Notes: generated by a model not told the origin, from the sequence alone. A DNA stretch of 64,000 bases from Antechinus flavipes (GCF_016432865.1 NC_067400.1:556698001-556762000); one strand, 5' to 3'; positions 24,182 through 36,679 are shown, counted from the first letter of the stretch. A program made the numbers and translations.

Positions 24182-24689
24182 TACTAATGTGCTAGTTTTA
24201 TGGTTTACAGGTAGGTTTGAGGGGTGGTCTATTTATTATTGACTCAGTAACTTGGTTATCACTGACCAACAGATTTTCTGACAGTCTGTAATGTTTGTAG
24301 CACTATCCTAAGGCCAGAAAACTTAGAACTGACAGATTGTTAGAACAGCACTCTAAGGTCAGAGGAACTCAGGATCACTGCTATATTTTTCCTAGATGCT
24401 ATACCCCAGTAGTGATATATTCAAGAGATATTTCAGAGGTGAAATTAAATGAGCTTAGCAATGGATTAACTATGGGGGTGAGAGATAGTGAAGAGTTCTG
24501 GATTGCTCTTGGATTGTAAGCCTGAGAAACTGAGAATTTGGTATTGCCTTCTACTGTAATAGAGGAAGGGGGAGAGAGTTTAGGGGGAAAGATAATGTTT
24601 GGTTTTGGACATGTTCAACTAAAGTCATCTAATGGACATCTAGTTTGGGATGTATGAGAGGCCTTTATAATATGATCTATGATATGGGG

Positions 24690-25800
24690 TTTATCATTAA
24701 ATGATGGCAGGCACCAAAAGCTGGGATTTGGCCATGTGAAGAATTCACATCGGCCATTCTGTTTGGCAAAGGGTAGATTTATTTAGCAGAATAGGATACA
24801 GACAAAATGAAGGGATACAATAGATATCAGGAATGGTAAATATGAAATAGAGTCAATAAATAAAGTGTGAAACACAAGTATCCCATGAAATTGGGGCATG
24901 CTCTTAGTTGGCAGGCTAAATTCTGAAAGGGACTTAGCACCCTAAAAAAGTTAGTTAGCTGTAAGGAGAAGTAGAACTAAGAAGCATAGTGGAGTTAGGG
25001 GAGATAACACAGGGGATGGGGGGAGGAAGGGCAGCGAAGCGGGGATAAGGAGAAATACACCAGGAAGGTAGTGACAAAACCAGGGGTCATAAGTTATTTT
25101 ATAGGGAAAATTTAGTCTCAGAGTTTTGACTTATCTTGGATTTCCAATTGGATTACCTTTAGAACAGGGGACCAAAGAACTAAAATGACTTTCTATTATC
25201 AGAACTTTCTTATTGCTTGCTAATGGGATTAATTTTTATCAATTTCTTTGCTAACCACACCTAATTTTGAAGACCTCATCATTTTCTCCTCTTTTAATAT
25301 TTAATTTCCTTTCTCTGAAACAAAGTTTGTGCCTCTTTGGAATCTGGCATATGTTTCGGAGACGATGGGCTTTCTGGTTCTCAGATTATCTCTAGGTCTA
25401 GGAAAAACTAAGCTGCCTTTTGTCCATTTGTGCATTATACCATTTGTTTTCTCTGAATCCTAACTGAAACCATTTGCCTTTAAATAAGTATGTTATTCAG
25501 GAATACGTGGCCATTCTGAAATTTTTCTCTCTGTGCCAATAGTATATAGAGAGCACTAATAAGATAGTTTCAATCTAAAGGTTGTCAAACCTATTTTTCC
25601 AAGAGGGGATAACTGTTCTTAGATCTTTTCTGAGGTTGAGTTTATCATTATATACTTCCCTATTAGGAAGGATCACCTTCCAAAACTATTTAGTAAATTG
25701 GATAGTGTAAGAAAAGAACAGTAAAGTTTTCCAGCCTCACACAAATCCATAATTTGCATGGGCAATGCTGAACGTGATTGTGTGGGTTGAAAAAACTAAA
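24690..25800 (-). mobile_element. Probable ERV LTR/internal sequence
   Basis: Minus-strand TATAAAA (~25100) and AATAAA (~24780) in LTR order; inserted next to an L2 fragment (24340-24660); ends not resolved. Confidence 0.4.
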
Positions 25801-26920
25801 AGAATTTTTTCATCTCAAGTCAAATAGCATACCAAAATCAGGGAGTGGGAAATGGTAACTCAAAACAGAAATAGAGTTTAAATGACAGAATTTAATATAA
25901 TTAATAATAATAATAATAATAGCCTTTGTGTAACAACCAAGATTTGCAAAATGCTTTACAAATATTATCCTTATTTTATTGTCATAATAACTATTATTAT
26001 TAACATTTTTACAGATAAGCAAGTTAAGGCAGAGATTATGTGATTTATTTTCTTAATATCACATAGTTTAGAAGTGTCTAATTTTAACTCAGATCTTCCT
26101 GACTCCAGATCCAATTCTCTTTCTACTGTGTCACTAGCAAATTTGAAGAGGCATTAAAGGTCAATCAGCCCTATGTCCTCATTTTTTTTTTAAAAGTAAG
26201 GAGTAAGTGATAAATTCAAGATCTGAAATCAGGAAGGATTCTGGTTATATGGCAGAATAGGTTGGTAAATTTCAAGCTGTCCAGATTTCCCCCTCAAATA
26301 AAACAAATTTGTTCCTCAGAACAAAAAAACTGGAACAAAATCAAGAAGACTTGGGGAAGAACTATTGTCCTCCTGATACAATCAGAGACCGATCTGGGAC
26401 TGTGATTAAACTGTCTAAATTCCAAATACCCTCAAGCTAGCTCAGCAGAATCATCAAGTGGAATTATTTACAAGAAAGTAAAGAAAAAATGGACATTCGT
26501 GAATATAATTTCTTCTACTAATATATATATATTATATATATACACATATATATATAATATATATATATATTTTTCTTGATCTGGTAATTTGTTGTTATAC
26601 ATTTTGAATCATCCCTGATTTCTACTGGGTACATGACAATATTCTATTTTGTTTTGTATTTGGTTTTGGTTTTATTTTTTTCTTACTCTTTTTTCAAATA
26701 AAAATGGAATCCCCCCCAAAACAAACAAACAAACAAAAACCACAAGATCTGAAATAAGGTCTTCTGATTTCAAATGCATCAGCTTCTTAGAATATCCTAA
26801 ATGTTTCTCTGGCTGACTATGAGTCAAAAAAAAGAAAAAGGAAAAAAGAAGAAGCTTTCAAACAGTCCCTGATGCTATGAATTGAGATTATCTTTGCCTG
26901 CTCAGAATTCACTGAGTAAC

Positions 26921-26951
26921 TGCATTTCAAAGCGTCGCCAGCAGGTGGCAG
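26921..26951 (+). promoter_or_regulatory. CTCF binding motif with upstream (ZF9-11) module
   Basis: TGCATTTCA-AAGCG-TCGCCAGCAGGTGGCAG; the core is a perfect CCASYAGRKGGCRS match and the upstream module sits at the canonical 5-bp spacing; two retained CpGs. Confidence 0.75.
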
Positions 26952-27229
26952 GAGAAAGCAGAAGATGGCAGATAGCTCATAAGAAGATGCTACTTATCAG
27001 AAATCTCACCAGGTGAGAATAGAGGAAGAGAATCAGGTGACCATAGCAAGAACAATAGCACAACATTGAATATGATTGAATGGTATCACCAGACCAACAG
27101 ATAACAATAGCGACACAAATAGCAGCATCAGGCAAGGAGAGAGAATTGTGTATGGATACCACTCTATTGTTATTTGCCTTATGCTCAATGCTATCCCAGT
27201 TCTTCTAAGCAACTAACAATTTAGGTATT

Positions 27230-27420
27230 AGTGAACCCCCTTCAGTCACTTAAAATATTGTTTCCTCAGTTTCCTCAAATGTAAATGGAGATAATAAGGA
27301 CACCCATTTTGCAGAGTTGTTCTGCGAAGCAAATGAGACAAAAATTGTAAAGCACTTAGTACAGTGACTGGTATATAGTAAGCACTATATAAATGTTAGC
27401 TAGTATTATTATTATGTCAT
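27230..27420 (+). mobile_element. MIR/CORE-SINE
   Basis: CTCAGTTTCCTCAAATGTAAATGGAG...AAATGAGACAAAAATTGTAAAGCACTTAGTACAGTG. Confidence 0.75.
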
Positions 27421-28619
27421 CTATTTTAAGTACATGTTTGCTTCAGAGTTTGGATATGGGTATTAAAATCAAGACTTCCAAGAAAAGAGAAAGCCAAGAC
27501 CATGCAACCAGGAGGTTCGTGACAACGTTTCCTATGTGAATGAATGGATCCTTAGACGAAGGAGCTGTATTCCCAAGACACCCTTGGCTAGAAGCTCTAT
27601 CTCTGTTCTGGGTACTCGGAACATTCATTTGGTCTAAGAATGTGACTGTTAATGACACCATAGTGTCAGAGCTATGTTTTCGAAGCCATAGATAGCCATA
27701 AGAACAATCCTAAAACATTATGGGGCATCATAAGTAGCACTGGAACCAACTGACTCTTTTAATAAGACCCAGTACTGCTAGAATGGGACCAGTGGTGTCC
27801 CATGTTTTTAGAGTGAATTAGCATCAGTCATATGAATTTACTGGGTTGTAAGATCATAGATTTATAACTAGGAACAATTATATCAAACTTTTCATTGTCC
27901 AAAGAAGTTAAGGTATATATAACCAGAAGTAGAGCTGGAATTTGAAATAGCTTTTCTGCCTCTAAATCCAGTGTTCCATCTATTAGAGACATGAACATTC
28001 ATATACAAATATATTATTATCTTATTCTACTTTTTGTAATGACTCTTGTTTTTCTCCTCCTTTCCCCCCTCCCTTCAATTCTCTGATCTCTGTACTGCTA
28101 TATTTAATCTCTGGTGTTTTCAAGAACTCTTTAGCCTCATCTATTTCCATCTTGTATTCCCACTGGAGTTGTGACAGCTGATGTGGCTCTATCAGGCCGG
28201 AGGGTGGAGAGGAAGAAAATGAGGCAATAAGGACACACTCACAAAACAGGATAAATAGACCACTTGCCAGCCTTATCAGTCTCAGAACTGACCTCACTGG
28301 AGAGGCAGGTGGGTTCTTGTAAGTCTAGGAGAGTAGAAAGGAGGGGGATGGCTAAAGTAAACTTTGAGAGGTTTAGGGGGGAAAGTTTTGTGATGAAATG
28401 AGGTAGGGTCTGTTCATTGAAGGCATGAACCCCATGTCTGCAGCTATAGAACTCTCAGGACAAGGGGATAATGGCTATGCTCTTAGCTTTTCAGAGCTTC
28501 TAGAGTAAATAACTTCCTAGTGAATTACTGAAGAGAGAGGGAAATTTGAGATTGGAGGGATTTTTGGACTTGTACCAGAACTGAGCGGGCTGGTCAGTCA
28601 GTAAGGTAGTCTTATTAAG

Positions 28620-29500
28620 TGCCTTACTATATGCCAGGCATTGAGCTAAGAGCTAAAGATACAAACAATAGCAAAAAGCCAGACTTTGTTTTCAAGGAGA
28701 TCACAATATAATGAGGGAGACAACACAACATAATTACAAAAATGGTATATGGACAATAAATTTTGGGGAAAGCATTAAGGTTAAGGAAAACTAGGAAACA
28801 CTTCTTGCAGAAAGTTGACATTTAAAGGAAGTCAGGGAAGCAAGAAGTCAGATATAAGAAAGAAGAGTATTCCAGGAATGGGAACTACCAGTAAAAACAT
28901 TGAGTCATGAAATGAAATATCATGTGAGAGGAATGACAAGGAATGAAATTAGAGCATGGAATATATTGAGAAGAGTAAGGTGTAAGAAGATTGAAAAAGA
29001 TAAGAAGCAGCCACATTATGAAGAACTCTAAAAGGCAAAGAATTTTACATTTGGTCCTGGAGGCTTTGGGAACCATTAGTTTGGAGTAAAGAAGAGTGAT
29101 GTGATACAATTAAACTTATGTTTTAGGAAAACCAATTTTCCAACTGAGTGAAGAATGGACTTGAGGCAGAAAGACCAAGAATTTATTGCAAATTACTACT
29201 AAAGCAGTAGTCTATCATAATATCCTGATGACATAAAGTAATGAGGGCCTGTATCAAGATAATGTCAGCATCAGTTGAAAGGAGCATTTATGACTGATAA
29301 TATGAAGATTAAAATGACATAACTTGACAACTAATTGAATAAAAGGGTGAGAGGTAAGAGTGAAAAGAGTGAAAAGTCATGAGCCTAGATAATTGGAAGA
29401 ATTGTCATACTCTAGACAGTAAAAGAGAAGGTAGAATAAGGGAAGGGTTGCCTGGTGGACTGGAAATAGGTCAGATAAGGAGAGAGAACCAAGAGACAAC
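28620..29500 (-). mobile_element. L2 LINE 3' region
   Basis: TTATTAAGTGCCTTACTATATGCCAGGCATTGAGCTAAG (antisense L2 3' end) followed by purine-rich L2 body. Confidence 0.7.
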
Positions 29501-30564
29501 ACTATCACAAAAACATAGAGAAAAAGAAATTATCAAAGAGAAGAAGGTAATCAGTAGTAATAATCTGGAGCATATGCTCCAGAAAGGTCAAGAAGGATAT
29601 AGACTGAAGCAAGTGATTGGAGCAAAGATATCAGATAAACACATAACAGTTAAATAAAGGAAATTAAATGTGCAAATCCTGGGGTGAAGAGAACCCAGAA
29701 AGAGCAGTGTTCACCTCCAAAGATGGATCTCTTTATTGATGGAGTTTTGTAGACAAAGGAAGATGAGAGAGTCCTTCCCTATCCTCATCATATCACAACA
29801 ACAGGTGGTCTGCATATAGGACCAGCCCTATAGGAGTCACTGAATCATTGGCTAAAAAAGGAACCTCTTTTCCTAGAGCCATCTCTCTGGAAAGAACTCT
29901 TGGGAGCTGCTGACTGCTTAGAATAAAGGTAGGGAATGAAGTGATTCATATGTCCCCTTCCAGCCTTTCTTCCAATCCTGGATACTTTCCATCTTCTCAA
30001 ACAGTTTTTTGCTCTTTCCAAACCTTTCTCTATATTCACCTCTTACAGGAAGCCTTTCCAGTTTAACCTAGTTTAATTCCAAATGGCTAAGTCATCCCAG
30101 CCTCCCTACAGGCACAGATAGCAAACTATGTCTGTGTTCTTCTGAGACAATATGGTATGTTTTAATGAGTTAAATATCACGAAATAAAATTGAAGCACCA
30201 CTCCCTGTTGTGCTACCAAGGATAATTTCTGAAAGGCTCTTAACCTTTTTGTTTAAATGTCATGGACACCCTTTGACAATTTGATGAAGTCTATGACCCC
30301 TTTCTCAGAGCAATATACAATAATAAATAAATAAAAGCAAAAATAAATAAAAATAGAAATAGTAATAATAAATATAACAATAGAATTCAAAGGAAACTAA
30401 TTATATAGAAATAAAATTATCTAACTAACTATAGAGGTAAAGAGTTTAGGAAAGAATATGGGAATAGGAGAAAGATGAGAAAGAATCACAAAGAAAATTG
30501 AAAGGTGTGGGAAAAAAAAAAAAACATTGAAAGTAGTCTTGGGAGGGGAAGAAAAACCAGGTTT

Positions 30565-30770
30565 TGTTGTTATTGAGTAATTTTCAATCATATACAATTT
30601 TTCATGACCCTTTTGGGTTTTCTTGGCAAAAGTATTAGAGTGGTTTGCCAGTGAGACAAAAAGAGTTAAGTGACTTGCCTAGAGTCATATGGCTAGTATT
30701 TGAATCTGGATTTGAATTTGGGTTTCTTGACTCCAAGCCTGGAGCGCTACCTACGGCAGCTACCCCTAAG
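30565..30770 (+). mobile_element. Mar1-type SINE
   Basis: GGGTTTTCTTGGCAAAAGTATTAGAGTGGTTTGCC...AAGTGACTTGCCTAGAGTC. Confidence 0.7.
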
Positions 30771-33279
30771 GAATGGATTTCTAAGCCCAAAAGCTCTTTA
30801 GGAAGGAACTTTCCTATCTGTCTCCCTCTTTACCTTTGAGAGCCCCTGGCAAAAGCCCAGGCATAAATTCTGCAAAGCATGGAAGGTACTTTTGATGCTT
30901 TTCAGATGCTTGTTCTTAGAAATTTTATTCTTCAATTTTCAGGTTTAATCTAAGGCAACCAGATTTCCTTCTTGTGGAACTGTGAACCTGTGTTCTTCTG
31001 CCCATATAACTAAATTTCATTCCTATTCCTTGTAACAGGAACATCAAGGGAATATGAAGATGGCATAGGATTTACGCTATCTCACAAAAATCATCACACA
31101 GAAAGTAACTGTCTGAGGTGGAATTAAAATTCAGGTTCTCCTGATTCTAGATCCAGTGCTACTGTCCACTGCTGATCCTATCCATAATACTAAACTGCCA
31201 CTCATTCAGCTCAAAATTTAACTTGCAGCATAGGTTATCCCCAAAGCTCAAAAAAGATACTCTTTTCCATTTAGCTTAACATAAGCCTTTTTGATCCTTG
31301 TTTTCTCCTTTTTTAGCAAGTAACACTGAGTTCTTAGCTAGTCACTGAGCCTATCTATACAAATACCGGCAGTCATAAAGAATGCATGGATGTAGGTGAT
31401 GGACAAAGGAGAAGGGAGTTCACCCCACAGGGATACAAAGGAGTTTTGATAGGTGTTAGAGAAAAGAGAGAAGCCCTGCCTGCCTAGAACAGAAATCCAA
31501 GCCTCACACGAATTCCTCACACTGTAAGTTCTCCCTTCCCTTTAGGGAATGCTCATCTATCTCACTCTACTTTCTTGTGGGTAATAATTGACAATGCAGT
31601 TGATTCCAGCTATTCCCCTATTTTTACTTCATTAGGAAAAGGAAATAAATTATAATAGATTACCCATGAATTCCTTGATCAGTGAAACAGCCTTTACTTT
31701 TGAGGAATTCTCTATCTATGAGAGGAAACTAGGGGAATTGGTCCCCAAACCTGGTGAATCCGAGTCTATGGAGAAATTATATATTTTTTTAAAAATGCAG
31801 TTGCATTTTCTTTAAAGTATTTTAAAATGTACTTTCTGGGAAAAGTATTTTTTCTAAAAGATAAGCAAATTTGGGAATTAACTAGAGTTTTTCAGAGCTT
31901 ATCTAGATGACTTTGTGAAGAGAGTTCTGGGTGAGTGCAAATACAGTCTCAAATATTTATTAGCTGTAGGCAAAAGAGAAAGAAATGATAAACCACTCAG
32001 GTTTCTTTGCCAGGAAAATTCCATGGATAGGATGGGGTCAGGACACAACTAAGTGACTGAACCACAATAAAAGGAATGAATTCTATGGAAATTTAAAATT
32101 GCCTAGGAGGAAAGGGGGAAACTAGGGGATTTCTCCTTTAACAGATAAAATCAGATCTTTCATAGGATCAGAAAAATTCTTCTCCTGATTGGAAAAATAT
32201 ACACACACATATCTGTCTGTCTTTCTATCTATCTATCTATCTATCTATCATCTATTTATCTACATACATACATTTTAAAGTATTTGACCCAAACTCAAAA
32301 TAATCAGTATTGCTAATAACCATTTTAAAAGATAACAATCCTTTCTTTTATCCATTTAAATTCAGTCATATGGATCAAACAGTCACTAACAGAAAATTAA
32401 TTCACCAATGAATATTTTAGAACTGATTGGGTAGATAGACAAATGAAGCACTTGAGGTTTTAAGTGGAGATAATAAGGAGATAACAATGCTCTTTTGGGA
32501 GACAGACAGATCAAAAGGTGAATTGAAATATCCTGAAAGTGTGATAAAAGATAGTCTGATACTAAGATCTTATTTCAATAATTCAAAAGATTGGAGATTT
32601 CATCAATGTAGGTATTTCCTCTATTGATGAAAACCCAGATATGCCCTCAGGAGTTATTCTAGACCAAAAAAACACCTCTCAATGAGCTTGCTTTCACTAA
32701 ATTAAGCTAATCTTCAAAAGACAGAAATAATGTGTGTCCTAAGGCAAACATTCTGTATTTTCTTAATTTGGTAAGCCCTGATTCCATTTCACTGGCACAG
32801 TCTTTGGGAACTAAGGGTCATGAATCAGTATGAGTTTTATTTTTAGCCCTGATTGCCTAAAACAAAAATCAGATTAAAAATGATTGATAAATGTTAGTTT
32901 AATAAGGAAGTATTAAAATGTGCCTAAGTATTTATATTTCTCTAAATCACATATAAAATTATACTTTGCCTTAAATCACTAAATATGTAGGACTATTAAA
33001 GATTGAGTCATTTATATATGTACACATATGTACATATATGTGTGTGTATGTATGTACATATATATGCTTTATAAAAAATTGAATTGAAAAATAAATACTT
33101 GGCTTAATTGTACTTTTTGATTCACGTCTTGCAAAAGTTCAACTAGCTGAGCCATGATGTTAAGCCCTAGTACCTCTATTATTTAATTGACTCTTCATGA
33201 TTTACATGCATAATGCTTAAATGTGTTTATCAAACCCCAGATTCCTTCCTGAACACTTCTCAAAGACCTGGCTTTGGGG

Positions 33280-34224
33280 ATGATATTCAACAGTAGTTAC
33301 TTCACTCCAGAGACCTTCTTCCTCACAGGCCTCCCTGGACTGGAGGCTGTCTACCCCTGGCTCGCCATCCCCTTTGGCTCCATGTACTTTGTGGCCCTTG
33401 TTGGCAACAGCCTGATTCTAGTAGTGATCCATGGCAATCCATCCCTCCATCAGCCTATGTATTTGTTCCTGGGTATGCTGGCCTTCTCTGAGCTTGGAGT
33501 CTCCGCCTCCACACTACCCACTGTGATGAGCATCTTTCTCTTTAATGCCAATGAGATCAGCTTCAATGCCTGCTTGTTCCAGATGTTCTCCATCCACTCC
33601 TTCTCTATCATGGAGTCAGCCGTCTTGCTCGCCATGTCTGTAGATCGATTTATAGCCATCTACAGCCCACTGCGCTATACAGCCATCCTAACTCTGCCCC
33701 GCATTGCCCGCACGGGAGTTGCCATTGCACTAAAGAGTGTGGTGGTCATGTTTCCACTGCCATTCCTCCTGAAGCGCCTGCCCTTCTGCGGTCACAATAC
33801 CCTATCCCATTCCTACTGCCTCCATTCAGACCTGATCCAGTTGCCTTGTGGGAATACACGCCCCAATAGCATTCTCGGGCTATGTATTGTCACCTCCACT
33901 TTTGGACTGGACTCATTGCTGATTGTCATTTCTTATGTTCTGATCCTCCATACAGTGCTGGGCATTGCCTCTGGGGAAGGTAGGCGCAAGGCTCTCAACA
34001 CATGTGTGTCGCACATATGTGCTGTGCTTGTGTACTATGTGCCCATGATTGGGGTAGCTATGGTCCATCGCTTTGTGAAACATGCTGCTCCTGCTGTCCG
34101 TCTCCTCCTGGCCAATGTCTATCTCCTGGTCCCCCCTGTAGTCAACCCAATTGTCTACAGCATCAAGACCAAGCAGATCCGTCATGGATTGGTCCAGATC
34201 CTGCTCCAGAAAAAATGTTCATGA
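33280..34224 (+). CDS. Class I olfactory receptor, OR51 family (OR51J-related), intact (314 aa)
   Basis: LHQPMYLFL, MSVDRFIAIYSPLRY, SHSYCLHSD, KALNTCVSH, HRF, PPVVNPIVYSIKT; the ORF-track start at 33274 is TTG and the first ATG is 33280; stop TGA followed by TAG TAG. Confidence 0.95.
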   Translation: MIFNSSYFTPETFFLTGLPGLEAVYPWLAIPFGSMYFVALVGNSLILVVIHGNPSLHQPMYLFLGMLAFSELGVSASTLPTVMSIFLFNANEISFNACLFQMFSIHSFSIMESAVLLAMSVDRFIAIYSPLRYTAILTLPRIARTGVAIALKSVVVMFPLPFLLKRLPFCGHNTLSHSYCLHSDLIQLPCGNTRPNSILGLCIVTSTFGLDSLLIVISYVLILHTVLGIASGEGRRKALNTCVSHICAVLVYYVPMIGVAMVHRFVKHAAPAVRLLLANVYLLVPPVVNPIVYSIKTKQIRHGLVQILLQKKCS

Positions 34225-35471
34225 TAGTAGATTTTGGAAGGAAAGACCTCACCCCAACTGGCAAAGCCTGTGCCCAAGAGGTCAAATCTAAAATCAGAGA
34301 ACAAGGCAAGGGAAGTTCTCTTTTCCTAGTAAAAACACATAGTGGGCAGGATCCTCTCAGTAGGATCAAGGGGTCAATGACGTATGAGTCTCTAACACAG
34401 ATTGGAATGGCTTTTCTACCAATGATTTTGTATTAGGTGTTTAGGAGAGAAATAAAAGAAGGTACACAGTATTTTCTACTTTTGAGAAGTCTCTAATCCA
34501 GTTAGTCAATACACATTTATTAAAAACTTATGTGCCAAGCACTCTGCTCAGTGCTATGGATATAGAGAAAGGTAAGACATTCCTGCTCTGGTGGGAGTCA
34601 CAGTCTAATGGTGGAGACCACCCACAATCCAAATGGTCATATTGAAGAAGTCCCAATCTCAGGAATGCAATATAGCCCCTACCTAACAGAATTCTTGTTC
34701 TAACAAGGGAGACATAGTTCTGCTCTCTGGAATTTCTGGTCAAAGAAGGAACTGCTGCCATTTCTTCAGGGAGTCTCTCCCTCCTTCTCTGATTTTTAAG
34801 AACCATTAATATCCTTCAAATTCCATGTGAATATCTCTTCTCACATGTCCTCACTACTTCCTCTAGCAACCAGCACCTCTCCCTATCTCAACATTACTCT
34901 GTATTTATTGTGCCTATGTTTCCAATATAGCTATATATGTAAATGTTGTCTCTCTCAATATTCTGTAAGTTCCTTCATTTAGTATCCCTAGTGCCTAGAG
35001 CAATTCTTAATACAAAATAGGAACTACTTAATTTTTTGGATTAATTGACAAAAATCTAACCAAAAGTAACCTTGGGTGCAATGAATGAATTATACTCCCT
35101 ATCCTTAATAGTAATTACTAACATTTATATAACACTTTTTACAAATATTTTCTCATTTGATCACTCCAACAATTCTAGGGAGCAAATGTTATTATTATCC
35201 TGATTTACAGATAAAGAAATTGAAGCAGAGATTACATAACTTGTTCAGAATTATACAATTCTTGTTGTAGACAGTTTTAGAACACTGATCTTCCTAAATC
35301 CATGTACTCCTCTATCTACTGCTCCACCTAACTTTCTCCCTTATAGAGTCTCCAGTCAGGTAGGGTAACTTCCTTTAGGAGTCACTATTTTGATGGATCC
35401 CTATTCTTCTGTTTGGTAAACTTATTTTCTCTGAGGTTTTAATGACTGATAATACTAAAATATGTTAGGTC

Positions 35472-35481
35472 TCCCCAGGGA
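35472..35481. promoter_or_regulatory. EBF/Olf-1 (O/E) consensus site
   Basis: TCCCCAGGGA matches TCCCNNGGGA; an identical site at 36196-36205. Confidence 0.35.
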
Positions 35482-36195
35482 TGCTTGAATTTCCATTTTT
35501 TTTTTTTTTGGTTTCCTAACATTTAGTGATTATTTCTTTATAAGGTCTCTTGCAATAAAATAAAAAGTTAAATAAAATTAACTTCATGCAAAAGTTCATA
35601 TAACATTTAATATTTGTTGCAATCCCCATCTTTCTATTTTTTAATTAGCAAGAATCTATTTTCTTATTTATTTTTCTCTCTCAACTTATTTGAGAAAAAC
35701 GGAAAAAAAAATAACATTTCTTATAACAAATATTCATAGTCAAGCAAAAAAAGTTTCCCCAATGGATGCATACACAAACACATACACACAAGTGCATTTG
35801 TCTCATTGTGCATCCTAAAATCTAGCACCTCTTTGTGATGGAAAACATATTTCAATATTCTAATAGGTCTTACAGAATCATGAATTGTCATTAGATTGAA
35901 TATAGCATATGACTTTCAATATTGTTTGTTTTTAGTGTTGTTGTCAATGTATAATTATTCTCATGGTTCTGCTAGTTTCATTATCAGTTTATGTTGTCTT
36001 CAAAATTATTAATTTTTTATAATATTTATGTTTTGGTATTAATTCCATTTTTGCTCACTGTAGTCTGCATCAATTCATATAAATTCATATCCTTACACAA
36101 AATAATACTTTTTTTTCTGTTTGTGATCTCTACTTCTACCTTTTGCCTCATTTTGATCACTGAAAAAGTCCTAGATTGGCAGTTAGGAAGCATGA

Positions 36196-36205
36196 TCCCC
36201 AGGGA
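36196..36205. promoter_or_regulatory. EBF/Olf-1 (O/E) consensus site
   Basis: TCCCCAGGGA. Confidence 0.35.
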
Positions 36206-36679
36206 CTGATGATATCACTAGCTGTCTGTGTGACATCATTTATCTATGAGCCTTAGTTTTCTTCTCTATTAATTAAAAAAAAAGGAGTTTGTCCTTGATC
36301 TTTGATTCTAAGGTACAATAATCCTATGAATCAGATAAGAGTGAAGAAACAAAAAGTTTTGCCTATAATAAAACATGTTGAATTGTTGAGAAGTGAGCTG
36401 AAAGTGTTAAAGAAAAGGCTGAATGATGCCATAAAATATGCTTCCCTTATCTTGGGTGGGAGGATGGACTAGATATTTCTGATAAATTTTGATTTTGATC
36501 CTATAAAATTATGGTGATTCTTTTTCAACTTTATGTCCATAGTCTTTACTGTTATATCATATGTCCCTCCTCCTGTTCTTAATCATAAGTAGCACATACT
36601 CAGGCAATTTAGATGCTAAATCTACATGATGGTACTAAGAGAAATCTGATGGTACAAATTCTTTAGAGATAGGAGAATT

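Noticed and set aside
27512-27640. Resemblance to bornavirus nucleoprotein (EVRD...GAV..RHP...FIWSK)
   Set aside because: Needs a frameshift and several indels for a few identities; cannot be supported without BLASTX
27443-27661. Resemblance of DPFIHIG...LILIP to the cytochrome b C-terminus (NUMT)
   Set aside because: Flanking residues and strand base composition do not look mitochondrial
32598-32632. 10-bp inverted repeat TTTCATCAAT...ATTGATGAAA
   Set aside because: Short and AT-rich; likely chance or a small transposon relic
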